From Balanoglossus misakiensis (taxonomy: Eukaryota; Animalia; Hemichordata): a DNA stretch of 64,000 nt. Under the pieces are notes generated by a model. That model was given only the letters and a program-made list of their open reading frames with translations. It searched no databases and had not been told where the DNA came from. Each line of letters begins with the position of its first letter. Position 1 is the stretch's first letter. The stretch is from NCBI GenBank assembly GCA_040954595.2, contig CM082593.2, positions 3,861,434 through 3,925,433 on the forward strand. Direction: 5' to 3'. The translations under genes and the position numbers were made by a program. This document shows, in pieces, positions 13,801-25,252 of this stretch.

Positions 13801-16800
13801 GTGACAGGCATGTCATATTTGGATATAACATCTCTACATGTACGGTGTATATACATTATACTCAATGTACCATCACTAGTTTTCATTGGAGTGTGTTATA
13901 CAGGCGACCCTGAAATATCTCCTTAAGCAGTTTCAAAATGGCAGCTTCTCATACTTCAAAACACCTTAATAGCCGCAAGTAGTCATTGATTAAGTTTATA
14001 AAGACAGGTTCCACGTTTGCCTAATCAGGCTTTAAATTTTACACATGAATACAAATTTAAAACCTTGTACGTGAGGGATGTCGTTGCGTATAGCCTTCTT
14101 TCATGTAGATGGAAATGGATTGCCGGTCAACAGAATGCGATGGATGTTAATAGGGGTCACTGTAATAAGTCAGGCCAGTATTTCTCAATTTAAAGTGAAA
14201 TTACCTCCCGCAAGCCGAGACTGGCCAGTTTTCTGCATGGGTAAGTTGCCGCGGATACAGATGTATGATTCAGCGATGTAAGCCATAACCCTTTTAGTAA
14301 ATAAATTATTAAGTCGTACTACAATTGCCTATAAGTACTTCCTTGATGAACCCTTGTTGAAGAAACACTAAATATCATCTCAAGCTGTCCAGGAACCGAC
14401 TTGAAGCCTATCTGTAGAAGCTAGCCCTCATGATATTTACAAATCTGCTTGGAGCTGTGTACTCAATTTGTAACCAAAATCATTCCTCTGAGAAATGGTC
14501 GCATGTATGCTGAGCTATAGAGTGTGCGTTTCCAGCAACTTGAAATATGGGAAAGTTTCGGATTTCAAAGGGGACAATTAAGGCGTTGGCCGTACTCGGC
14601 TACTTAAATTGGCTGCGTAAGTAGTTAATTAGATTTATATGATTTCTCTGCGAGGGTTTACCGTATAGCGTTTCCAATTGATGTTTTTTTCTTAATTGGG
14701 CATTCGTAGAATATGAACAGCCGCGGCCGTCTGTACGAAAAGTCAGCAGAGGGCTAACCATTGAAGCGTAAGATGCGGAAAAAAATAAAAGTGCCTGGGG
14801 GCATATGAAAGCCCATATTCAAGAGCCAGGCGTTGGGTGTTTTATGTTGGAGACCTGAACTAACTTATAAAAAATCCACAGAGACATGGGGTGACGTTTT
14901 CATGGTTGTGTGTTGGCATTTGCTTTTAGTTGATATTGCAATACACAAAACACACAATTGAATTTTTCTGACAATAAACTGAATGGTAGTAAAATCGACA
15001 CTTTTAAATATGCTAGGGTTTTGAATAGTATGGTATCAAACGCATGTCGAGGCCGAGGGGGACAAATATTGCATGAGGTAAAAACCACGGCATGTATTAG
15101 GTACACCATAGGAATTTGAACCGACTATAGTTATTCTGAATCGATTTCTCCAATCATGTGAAGCTCAGTTGTGTCGGAAACGGAAACGCTCAAATTCTGT
15201 TCAATCAAAGCGGGGCAATTGACGGAAGCCAATGAAATGTAAATCGCGGTGACGCTTCTTACGAAATGCAGCATTTCAATAACGTCTCATTTCCAGTTTA
15301 CGCGAACAACATGATAATGGGCAACGAGTGTGGTGACTAGTGTTTGCGAACAAACGTGGCAGGAAACCTTGTACCCTGGCTCTGTCTTGCACACAACCGG
15401 CAAAGTTTTTGAAGCTTCGCGTAAATCTCAACCAGGGCATTGATTTCATACCCAGTATAAAATTCATTACATGTAGACAGGAAGTCAGACGATTCTGTCT
15501 CCTCATAATTTCCATGGTAACGGAATTACACTTGACGGAAGCGTAGAAATGCGACTCTCGAGCCGACATACAAAATAGTGATTTTGTGTGGCCCAGCAAT
15601 GTATATAACATACTGTGGCCGTCCATTGACAAGGACAAATTTACTGAGAGTGAATCCTATGTGTTGTTGTCTTGGCGACCTTCGGTGGTGAGTACCTTTT
15701 CATGATATCTCTCGCTAATCAGATCATAGCGAAAAAATATGGGATTTTGAAAGAGGTGAAATATGGCAAACACGTTCACCGAGTGATTCAGTGGTTGCGC
15801 TATACGAGAGGGAAATTTGGTCTGCGTGATTTAAAATATGGTTAATAGTCCTAATGTGATGGCTTCATGAATAGAACGATGCAATTACATCCAACTGTTA
15901 ACTTAAGTAGACAGTTTTCCCATGGCCGCTGATGTCCTTACCATAACAGTAAATGGTAAATTCATTTTGCGAATGTTATAGAAACAATCGTTAGAGTATT
16001 GCCATCCATTTTTGAATTGCTCTGTTTTTGATATTCAGTAAAGTCATTTCACATTTTATAAAATTAATATTGTAGCAGTTACTGTCAATCTTCGTTATCA
16101 AAAGCAAATGGCATTTACTATCGATCAGATTTCATTACTTCAGTTTCAATCAGAAAGAGAAACAGTTGATATTCAGCCATGTTTATTTAGAACGAGTCCA
16201 TTAAAATCATTTTCAGGCCAGTCACATCAGTCACAGGTGTTAAGTGATTTTCCGTGGACAGGTCTGAGACTTTCGACAGCCTGAGACTTTCGAAATCAGT
16301 TGTGTTGCTTCCTGTAAAATTGACATCTGCAAATCATTAGTTCAGGTCGCGAAGGCAGAGTCATATACATCAGTGTGACGTTTTTGCTGGTGCTTTTGAA
16401 ATCTGACTGTTGCAGAGCTGAGCGCTAACAAAGGGCAAAGCAGTCATCACACACTGGAACGGGAGCAACGACTTTTAACAATGTATATGAGTAAAGGATA
16501 AGCCAACCCATTCACTGAGTGTAAACACTATGAAATAAGCTGTTCGTGATCATACATTTACAATTGTGCATTCTGAGGTGATAAAGTTTCACCATATGAA
16601 ATCGCAGACAAACCTGTGACAGTTGTCTGTAGATTTTCTTTCAGACTGACCAAAATGGTTTTCACATTGAGACAGGCTTCACGTGCATAATGTGGTATCC
16701 CTTATTTACAACGCCTTGTCCTTGGTCGCATCACCGAATCGATAGGAGTGGAAAGTAAGAATTTCCGTTGTTTTCCAGACCAACAAATGTCCACGGGTGA

Positions 16801-18017
16801 TCCCATCCGTGGCTGTTTCTGGAGTAATTACTTCAATATGTAATAAAACCATCAAATATGGTCCTAGTTACAGTGCTGAGATAGCGATATAAGTTTACGA
16901 AGTTATCCGTCCCAGGGATGGTATTTTGAGAAATCGTGTCCAATTGCGCAGCGAGTAAAGTGTGCCCAGCCGCATGATACCAGGTGCAGGTCGAAATCAA
17001 GCGGTGAAACAGAATAATTACCGCTATGTTTGTACCAAAAGGGTCCGCTACTGTAAACAATCCCATTACGAAAGACCTTGCGCACACTTGCAAGACCAGG
17101 AATATAAATGGATCACACCAGTACACGGATACCACCAGCGTCTATTTTGTAAACGATTTTTGAAAGCTAAATGTTTTCAGGACCACCTCTGTTACTATTT
17201 TACCTGTTTAAATTCTATAAAAAAGCCACCATTGACAAGCGAAACTTTGTATGAATGATAAATGCCAGTACTTTGTCATTTATATCAAAACCTATACACG
17301 GGGACCTTTATTTTCTCTGCACTAAGCATATTTTGGGTTGAACGAATACTACCGACACCATGTTGACCGCAAATGAAAAATAGGCAAAGTCACAACTGAT
17401 GGAGTTTTGAATAAAAGGTCAACGACTTTTAGTAAGTGGTAGCAATATATAAAGAATTATATATACATGTATGTGTAGATCATTAAAACAACTTGCATTT
17501 TATTTTTTTCCAATCCATTCATCACCGATGTTCAGAATTTCAACAAAGAATGTGCAATGCTACACCGGTCACACAATTATCTGTGAGATTAGTTACAAAG
17601 AGTCCTTGAAAAGGCAAAAAATATGGCATGAATGGATTCTTAACAGCTATTATGTTAGCTTTGTAAAAGGATTGTGAACACCGCCTGATTAACGAACTGT
17701 GTAAACTGGATTCCATCAAAGAGATGTAGAATGTATTTAATTATTGTAAGAAGGTGAATGCAGTTTTTTGTTGACGTGGCTATTATGAAGTCAGCTTGGG
17801 TAAATCGTGCGAGTCCCTGTACAGTCTGGTGCACCGTTGGGGTTACGCGGTGATCGTTCTCCCTATGCTTGGTGATGGAAATTTAGCAAATGCCAAACAC
17901 GCGCCAGTGGAATTAGCAAAGGATGGAGACATCTGACTGGTTGGAGTGGGAAAATATATCCTTGTACTTTTGTCACAGTGGGAATCGGCATCAATTATAT
18001 GAATCATCCGTAACAAG

Positions 18018-18125
18018 TTCTTTTCACTGTGTCTCTATCTTTCCACAGGGATTTGAAAGAAGAGGATTTCAAAAATATCATGAGACAAGAATTCGCATGA
18101 TTTTGAACTGGATACCTGTTAAACA
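18018..18125 (+). promoter_or_regulatory. Splice acceptor and 5' UTR portion of the first coding exon of the LKR-like gene (implies an upstream non-coding exon)
   Basis: Long polypyrimidine tract ttcttttcactgtgtctctatctttccacag|G with AG at 18047-18048. One possible upstream donor is AAA|GTAAGA at 16755 (unverified). Confidence 0.7.
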
Positions 18126-18887
18126 ATGACTATAACCATGTATACCACAATGATTCCAACTTTAACGACCAATGCGTCCAACTTCAGTGACTATGACTAC
18201 CTGCCGTGGGAGAATTACACATCTGTGGGCGAAGTGGTCCTGCTGTCGTTCCTCTACGGGATAATTTCCTTCCTCTCCATATTCGGGAACGCCCTGGTCA
18301 TCTTCGTCATCTTGCGGAACAACAAGATGAGGACGATCACCAACGGTTTCCTGGCCAACCTGGCCGTGGCCGACGTCATCCTCGGCGCCTTCGCCATCCC
18401 GTTCCAGTTCGCCCCGGCGATGATCCAGAAGTGGCCGTTCGGCCGGTTCATGTGCCCGTTCGTGCCCTTCGTCAAGCAGCTCTCCGTCTTCGTCAGCATC
18501 GGCACTCTGACTGTCATCTCGGTGGACCGCTACTTCGCCATCTGCCACCCGCTGCGGAAGCGCATGGCTCCCTTGACAGCTGGCATCATCGTGGTGATCG
18601 TGTGGATCAACGGAATCTGCACGGCCATGCCGCTATTACTCCATTCGCACGTGTACCGGCACGACTTTCTCGACGAAGGAGACGTCGTGTGTTTCGTCGG
18701 TCCCATGGACAGAGAACACCTCGGTTACCAAATTTACCACATCTATGTGTTCATCACATCGTATGCGGTACCACTTGTTGTCATATCCATTGCCTACTCC
18801 CTTATTGCTTACAAAATATGGTTCCAAAAGACGCCAGGGGAATCGAATGAAACCAGAGATGAAAACATTGCCAAGAATAAAAGAAAA
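18126..18887 (+). CDS. LKR-like GPCR coding exon 1 (N-terminus, TM1-TM5, ICL3)
   Basis: ORF 18126 MTITMYTT...AKNKRK, followed by donor AAA|GTAAGT at 18888 (phase 0). N-glycosylation sequons NAS, NFS and NYT lie in the N-terminus. Confidence 0.95.
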
Positions 18888-20398
18888 GTAAGTTGTCAAA
18901 ATTGTTATATAGTCACAAGACAACCTGCTGACTGACTGACCCACTAACTTGTCACCCCGTGAGTGTAGACAAAATGCAAGTGTAAACGTAGACATAACAT
19001 TCGTTGACGTACTGATTGACCGATAGATTGATTCATTACATAGATTGCAACACGTTCTGCGTTTCCAACAAACAGCACCAATAATGACTGTAATATGACA
19101 CTTTTCAGGTCATGAAAATGGTCGTGGCGTTGGTTATTCTTTTTGCTGTCTGCTGGCTGCCATTGCAAATTTATGATCTGTTAAAGGTAGTTCACACAGA
19201 AATTTTCAGGTAGGTCGAATTCTGGGGTCATACCATAATTACCAAAACTGGAGGAGTACTTTTTGGATATTGATACTTTAAACGGCTAACATCATACCTC
19301 AATAACCTAACCCCACCCCAAGGAATGTTGTACTTTTCAATGATAATCTGCTTGTAATTTCCGTACACTTGTATTTATAGGTTCCGGCACATAAATATTA
19401 TCTGGTTTTGCTCCAACTGGCTGGCGATGAGTAATTCGGCACTTAATCCGTTTGTTTATGGACTTATAAATGTAAGTGGGAAAGTGAATTGATACAGATG
19501 CAAGAACATTTACACAGTTATTTATGTAACTCTTGAGGGGGGGGGAGAGGGAGAAAGAGACTGTAGATTGCCACATATAGGTATCAGGTAGATAGCTATA
19601 GCTGCTTACATGTACATGTGTTGTTAGATGGAAATTGTTGCTAAAGCAAATGATGATAAATTTATTTTGCAGGACAATTTTAAACGAGAGTTTGCGAAGG
19701 TATTCAAGGTGCAGAAGCACACTGGAAAAGTTGGGCCCATCAGGCACGTGCAGGAAAATATGAATCAGGTATGAGTAATACAGCAATACGAATAAAATCA
19801 CTTCAAATGGATTGTTCAGTGCAATTTATCGAGGACTTTAGTAAAAAGGAAATGGATAGTTTACAAGCAATAATGAGGCAGTGTTGCCAAGCAACAGTCT
19901 GACACCTTTCAACAAGGGATTTTAATGTTTCCTTTTCTGAGTGAATCAATTTTATAAAATGAAATCACCGCCGCTACCTTGTGTGGTAAGTAACGTGCCA
20001 CAAGAAGTCTTTAGTGGTGATTAGTTCGATATTCAATGGCTGAATGTGAACTGTTAAAAGCCATTACACATTATGTGTCATTCTTTCCTTTTGATTGGGC
20101 TTTGATTGCATTATTTTCTAGAAATAATGTCGAGAACCCCAATGCAGACTTGAAATGTACTGTTCGAAATGCGAATTGTCCTTGTATCACTTCTGCCTTT
20201 GCGTGAGCCAGTACCTGACTCAATAGACCCTATGATTCTCACTTTCTGAAAGCATTTTCATGATAATGAATTAAAATAAACTATCTCCATTTTATGTACT
20301 AGGCAAACGGCTCTAACCATCATGCTGAAGCTGGCACAGCACTGACACAGATAAAGCCAGCTATTAATCAAGCGTGTGACGTCGATGGAAATGTTTGA
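18126..20398 (+). CDS. Leucokinin-receptor-like class A neuropeptide GPCR, whole gene model join(18126..18887,19109..19209,19381..19471,19673..19768,20303..20398), ~381 aa
   Basis: The spliced translation gives a full 7TM with GN(TM1), NLAVAD(TM2), DRY, CWLP, WLAMSNS-x2-NPFVY and helix 8 NFKREF. Recalled signatures of insect/mollusc leucokinin (kinin) receptors: LLS-x2-YG-x-IS, ADVI-x-G-x-F-x-IPFQF, FMC-x-F-x-PFV, KNK-x-KV-x-KM, CWLPLQ-x-Y, I-x-IIWFC-x2-WLAMSNS, NPF-x-YG-x2-N-x2-FKREF. All junctions are GT-AG and frame-consistent. Confidence 0.88.
19109..19209 (+). CDS. LKR-like GPCR coding exon 2 (TM6, ECL3)
   Basis: Acceptor cacttttcag|GTC. Translates VMKMVVALVILFAVCWLPLQIYDLLKVVHTEIF(R). 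Donor AG|gtaggt, phase 2. Confidence 0.93.
19381..19471 (+). CDS. LKR-like GPCR coding exon 3 (TM7)
   Basis: Acceptor ttgtatttatag|G, phase 2 matching exon 2. Translates (R)FRHINIIWFCSNWLAMSNSALNPFVYGLIN. Donor AAT|gtaagt. Confidence 0.93.
19673..19768 (+). CDS. LKR-like GPCR coding exon 4 (helix 8, proximal C-tail)
   Basis: Acceptor tttattttgcag|GAC. Translates DNFKREFAKVFKVQKHTGKVGPIRHVQENMNQ. Donor CAG|gtatga; read-through would give V-stop. Confidence 0.88.
20303..20398 (+). CDS. LKR-like GPCR probable terminal coding exon 5
   Basis: Acceptor ctccattttatgtactag|GCA in phase 0. Translates ANGSNHHAEAGTALTQIKPAINQACDVDGNV*. No conserved motif, so it rests on splice signals and frame only. 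Confidence 0.6.
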   Translation, partial: ANGSNHHAEAGTALTQIKPAINQACDVDGNV

Positions 20399-21116
20399 AC
20401 GACGATGTTTTACGAGGAGCCGAGGGTTAAAGTGTGTTATAGATATACATGAATGCACGCCAGGCGATTCATGGAATATCTTGGCGAGGTTTCTTTGGAG
20501 TAGCAGACTGACCCATATCAAGTTTTATGGAAGAAAGTGTTTGTGCATTCTAGAGAAGAGATATAAGTAATGAAACAAACTGTGGCTTTCAGTTTAATGA
20601 TGACATTTAAACTATATAAATAGCCTGTATTTTCATGTTATTATTATTAAGATGAGTACATGCATCAGGTAATGCAGTACCAATTGAGATGATATTGTCG
20701 TATCGACATGTTCAGCATTGTATCTATATTTTTACACAATTTTAGACAAGATGAGACACTTGTTAACACAATGTGCTGTGATGTTTGTTTGCTTAAGCAT
20801 GTTAATAACAACAATTTTAAAGCACACAATAATTATATTTTCCCTATATGGCATCGACATCAGCATGTAATACATTAATTAGCCGAATTCTGTATTTTGA
20901 GATTTTTATCTAAGATAAAAAGTGATATACCCATCCATGGTTACAAAATGTCATTTTAAAAACTTCCCTGTGTTATTATGCTTTTGTTTTCTGTACGACC
21001 AGATATTTTGTGTACAGAATATTTACTTCAAGAATAATTTATTTTGCTCTGAAATCACTATTTGTTGTAAAATTTTCCTGTGTGTCTGTTCATCATAAGA
21101 TGGATTTGTAAATAAC

Positions 21117-21149
21117 AATAAAGAGACTGGTAAAATGCACTCAAATAAA
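21117..21149 (+). terminator. Candidate polyadenylation signals of the LKR-like gene
   Basis: AATAAA at 21117-21122 and 21144-21149 at the end of an AT-rich 3' UTR-like stretch, followed by G/T-rich tttgcgtgtttt. Confidence 0.5.
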
Positions 21150-22926
21150 CCTATTCAGAATATTTGCGTGTTTTATTCCTTGCTTTCATACAGAGTGTGC
21201 TCATGCTGCGTCAATGTATGTGTACATATATACGTTATTGTGTCGACATTCCCCCTATTATTTCTCCACATAAAACCAGTTGCTCTTTATATGTGGTGCT
21301 TGCTGGTCATGGGAGCGGTGCTTTCATTTGTCACGTGAGGGCGCGTTCTATGTTCGAGCTGCAGAGCTGACTTACGAGTGAGCGCTGAACGCCTTGGTGA
21401 AAATACAGGTACAGGTTGTTCAAACCACCTTTGCTCAAACATTGTACTCACTAATCGTCAGTTTAAAAAAATGTTGGTACATGAACATCCCCTCCTGTGT
21501 AAATTATGATCTGGTGATCCTGGATGTGCCAAGAGTTTACCATTACCATTTCAAAACTAATTTAGATGGTAACTCCGACGTATGAGTATACCAGGATAAG
21601 GACAGACACACATGTGTGAAAAGTTATAATCCAAAGGAAATATCAGTTTCATACGAATATGATCATAGTATGCCCAATTAGTCTTTATTCAGCAAAAGTA
21701 TCCATCGCAGCAAATCGTATCATATTTATGCAAAGAAAGAAAAAAACTACAGTGCACTACAAAAGCAAATGAGAAATTGAACCCTTTCACCACAATGGTT
21801 CAGTCCAAACTCATTATTTTCTTTGGTACGGTTGGACCTCTACAGAGGGTACTGGGGATAACCTGTCAGGAGAGCTGTCGACAAGTTATACGTCGTGACG
21901 ACCCTAGAAACAAAGAAGAGAAAGACGTGAACATAATTGTAGCTATTGCAATAACCATTTAATTATGGAACCTTATGTGGCAGTTCAGAATTTTTACATT
22001 TATTTAGCACCGAAAACGTGGCAATTTAAAGATATGAACACAATGTAATTAAACAATTGTTTTATTTATGCTGGAATTATTCATTTAAAATATTCAGTAT
22101 TGACGTATTTCCTACATACCCATGGTTCTGGTTCGCACCCAAAGTCATAGATCTCCCTTTGTATGCTTGACAATTGACTGGAATACTCAACACAGACCAC
22201 GCTCTTTATGCATTGTTTTTTAGCCTAAGAAAAACACAAATAAAATAATGCGAGCATAAACAAGCAACAGTTGATCACAGAACAAAATGAAGAATTGTCT
22301 GGAATTCATTCCAGGACATGATATACCATTATTCAGTCATTTACAAACTATATCTGAACTCAGTCTCACCTCTAATATATTGCATTGGCTTGTATCGGTG
22401 ATACCGTCAAAGCAATCATTCAATTGTACCAGCTCGGATGGGGTACACTGCGCATTCAATAGAAAAAAAAACATTAACAAAAATTAAGCAGGCCGTTTGG
22501 AGCTTTAAAGAAATCTAGGGCTCGCCCTGCACTGTAGGGTACATAGTGTTTCTTTTTACTATGTTTATTGAAAAAAATTGACGGTCAGAACATTCCTTCT
22601 GAGCGACTCAATCCGTTTTCATTTTTTAATGTAGATTCTGAATTTTTAAAAACAACACTCACCACAAGTATGCGGTCTACAGCATGTACAGTGGCTGCAC
22701 AAACCAGCAGCATTAACATCATCATAATCTTCATAGCCTGTAAAACATGTATTGCACTGCATTGTCAATATGATATGGGCAATACCCAGAGGAACCTATC
22801 CTGTCAGTAAACAGTCAAAGTTAATATGGATAAACAGTGTTTAGTCATACTTACTCGTCTTGGGGAGTGATCTTGCAATCGCACGTTTAACTAATCTGGA
22901 AAGTCAGCTAGTTTACACTGGAACTG

Positions 22927-23238
22927 TAGCAGAACATTACCCTGCTTTATATGATTTTTGTATGATTCAAATGGCATATTCTAATAAATTAAAAATATGT
23001 ATATTTAGTCCACGATGAATGGACTTTTAGAAACATGTATTATGTAAAAATGAACCATAAAGAGAACACGTTTTCAGTGCTTCTGTCGACTATAGTAGAA
23101 CTATTATAGTAGAACATAATACCCTGTGTTATATTCAAATGGCAAATCGTAATAAAATATATATTTAGTCCATGATGAGAAACATGTATTGTATGAAATA
23201 AGCATCTATATAAAATATATTCAGCATTCCTGTCGACT
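22927..23238. repeat. Diverged local tandem duplication (~165 bp and ~130 bp units)
   Basis: Both units share, in order, AGAACAT..ACCCTG, ATTCAAATGGCA, TAATAAA, TATATTTAGTCCA-GATGA, AGAAACATGTATT and CTGTCGACT. Confidence 0.8.
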
Positions 23239-25252
23239 GATCAGTTTTATTATACCGTACTTTTGTTAAATCGATGATGAAATTATTTTTGGGAGGCCGG
23301 GGTGGAAAAACTGATGAGTAGATTCAGTCTAGTCACCTTTAACTGATTGGAATTTTGGAATTTGATGATGTAATATCAATAATTTTATCAAAACATATTT
23401 ACACTTGTGACTTTTCATGAACTTAGAAATTGTTATTCATATTAACGTCTTAATTAGTACATGTATGTGGAATCTATAGTGGTGTAGAAATACACAGGTT
23501 TTTATAAGGTAAACATACAGAAATTTGTTAACTTGATTATTCAATTCTCCAGCATTGGTTGTGGGTAAGGGGTCGAAAAAGTTGAGGAGGGACTTGTACA
23601 TTCCGTGCTAGGGGGACTGGCTAGAAAATTATTTTGGTTTGATCCTTTCGTACAATATGGCGCATCCACATTTCAGGTACCCATTTAAAAGTGCGGGTAT
23701 CTGTGATAATACCTCTATTATTTATCCAAATGGACCCCAGACAATTTTCAACATTGCGACAGCTTGGAACAGATGTGATGCCCTCTTTCACGTATTACCC
23801 ACTGTATATACGTCCAGATCTTTTATGTTTGGCTTTAAAAAGCCGATTCTTGAGGGCGCTGTCGTCGTTTCAGTACACATGTATTTTGTTTTGGGCTCTT
23901 GTGGTATGGAATTCATGGGTGACGCTGGCATATTGGCGTATTCTCAGACTCGCCAAGTTTGCGCCCTCTAGCGACAAAAATATTTTCAGCTGTAAACCAC
24001 ACAGAGTCATTCAGTCAACCAGTGCTTGGTTTGTTTGTAAGTTGATGGATGCATGTATCATGAGATGGATGGCTGACTGATTGACTACTGTATGCCTGAC
24101 CTCGACTGAGACTACGCGACTTATTCGGTCGATGGTGAAATACGAATATGAAATGTTACTTTAATGTGAGAAGATGCATGTGGGTGTGCAGATAAATTTC
24201 CAAGGACAGAACCATTGTAGAAAAACTTGAACCCATATAATATTCCATGTTAATGTTTTAAGTCATTCGAAACCTGAAAATGCATCAATTTTCATTGATC
24301 TCAAATGGGCATATTCATTTAGGTATAGGCGACGTTCGGAATTGGTGCTTACGAATTTCAAGAAAGAAAACTTACAGCAATTCGTTATGTTATACCTCTG
24401 CATACCCATCTCATTTGAAACCAGAGCGCATATTTTACAAATCACTGTCACGAATTGTTCATGAATTAATTCAATACCACTTCATATGAGTGGCATTCTC
24501 CTCGACACTAATCAAATTGAAGCACACAACCGACAGGCGAGAGAATTTGAAACTTGCCCCCAACATATCACTCTTATATCCCTGCAACTTTTAGCAATCT
24601 GTGAAAGTACGTGAGCAAACTGCGCGACAAGTAAATCTGTTGACAGTTGCACCTAAAGTTCAATTCATCTTTTAAACTGAAAAAAGTTCTCGACAAATGG
24701 GTATGCCGTGTTCCCTTACAAAGGTTATGAACCCGTCACGTTGAGTGATATCCGAGTAAGATTAAAATCAACCTGGTCAAAGTGGATGATTACCGGAGCC
24801 CAGGTAGCAGAGTCCTTTGATTTTCATGGACCAAACTGACAATAAAACTCCTGTAATGTCCACTTCTTAATTAATTTCCTACAGTGTACTTCAGCTGTGT
24901 GTCATATACTTCAGTGACAGGCACACAATTCTATATTTTTGAATCTCTGGTGTATAGGGCGAAACCCCTCGCGTAACCAACGTGCAAAGAACACATTTTG
25001 CAAACCCCAAGACAATTGATCACACCAGTTGTTACTATTTTGAAACAAATGTTAATAGTTACACGAATAAGCACGAAATCCCTGAGGTTGTGCCAGCAAG
25101 GTCCCACTTCGGCAATTTGTTATTAATTTATTAAAGTGCATGTGCTGTCAATCAAATGTGGCAAATTGATAATAACTCAGAAGCATCATTTATTGGACCT
25201 GTCAAGACACTATAGAAGTGTCTTTGATTACATCTGGTGACAAAGACATGGA

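Noticed and set aside
18162-18850. 214-aa alternative-frame ORF and antisense ORFs over the LKR-like exon 1
   Set aside because: Expected shadows of C/G-ending codon bias; R/H/P-rich low-information translations with no recognisable domain.
19337-19801. 154-aa minus-strand ORF
   Set aside because: Antisense to real exons 3-4 and their introns; non-ATG start; no protein-like features.
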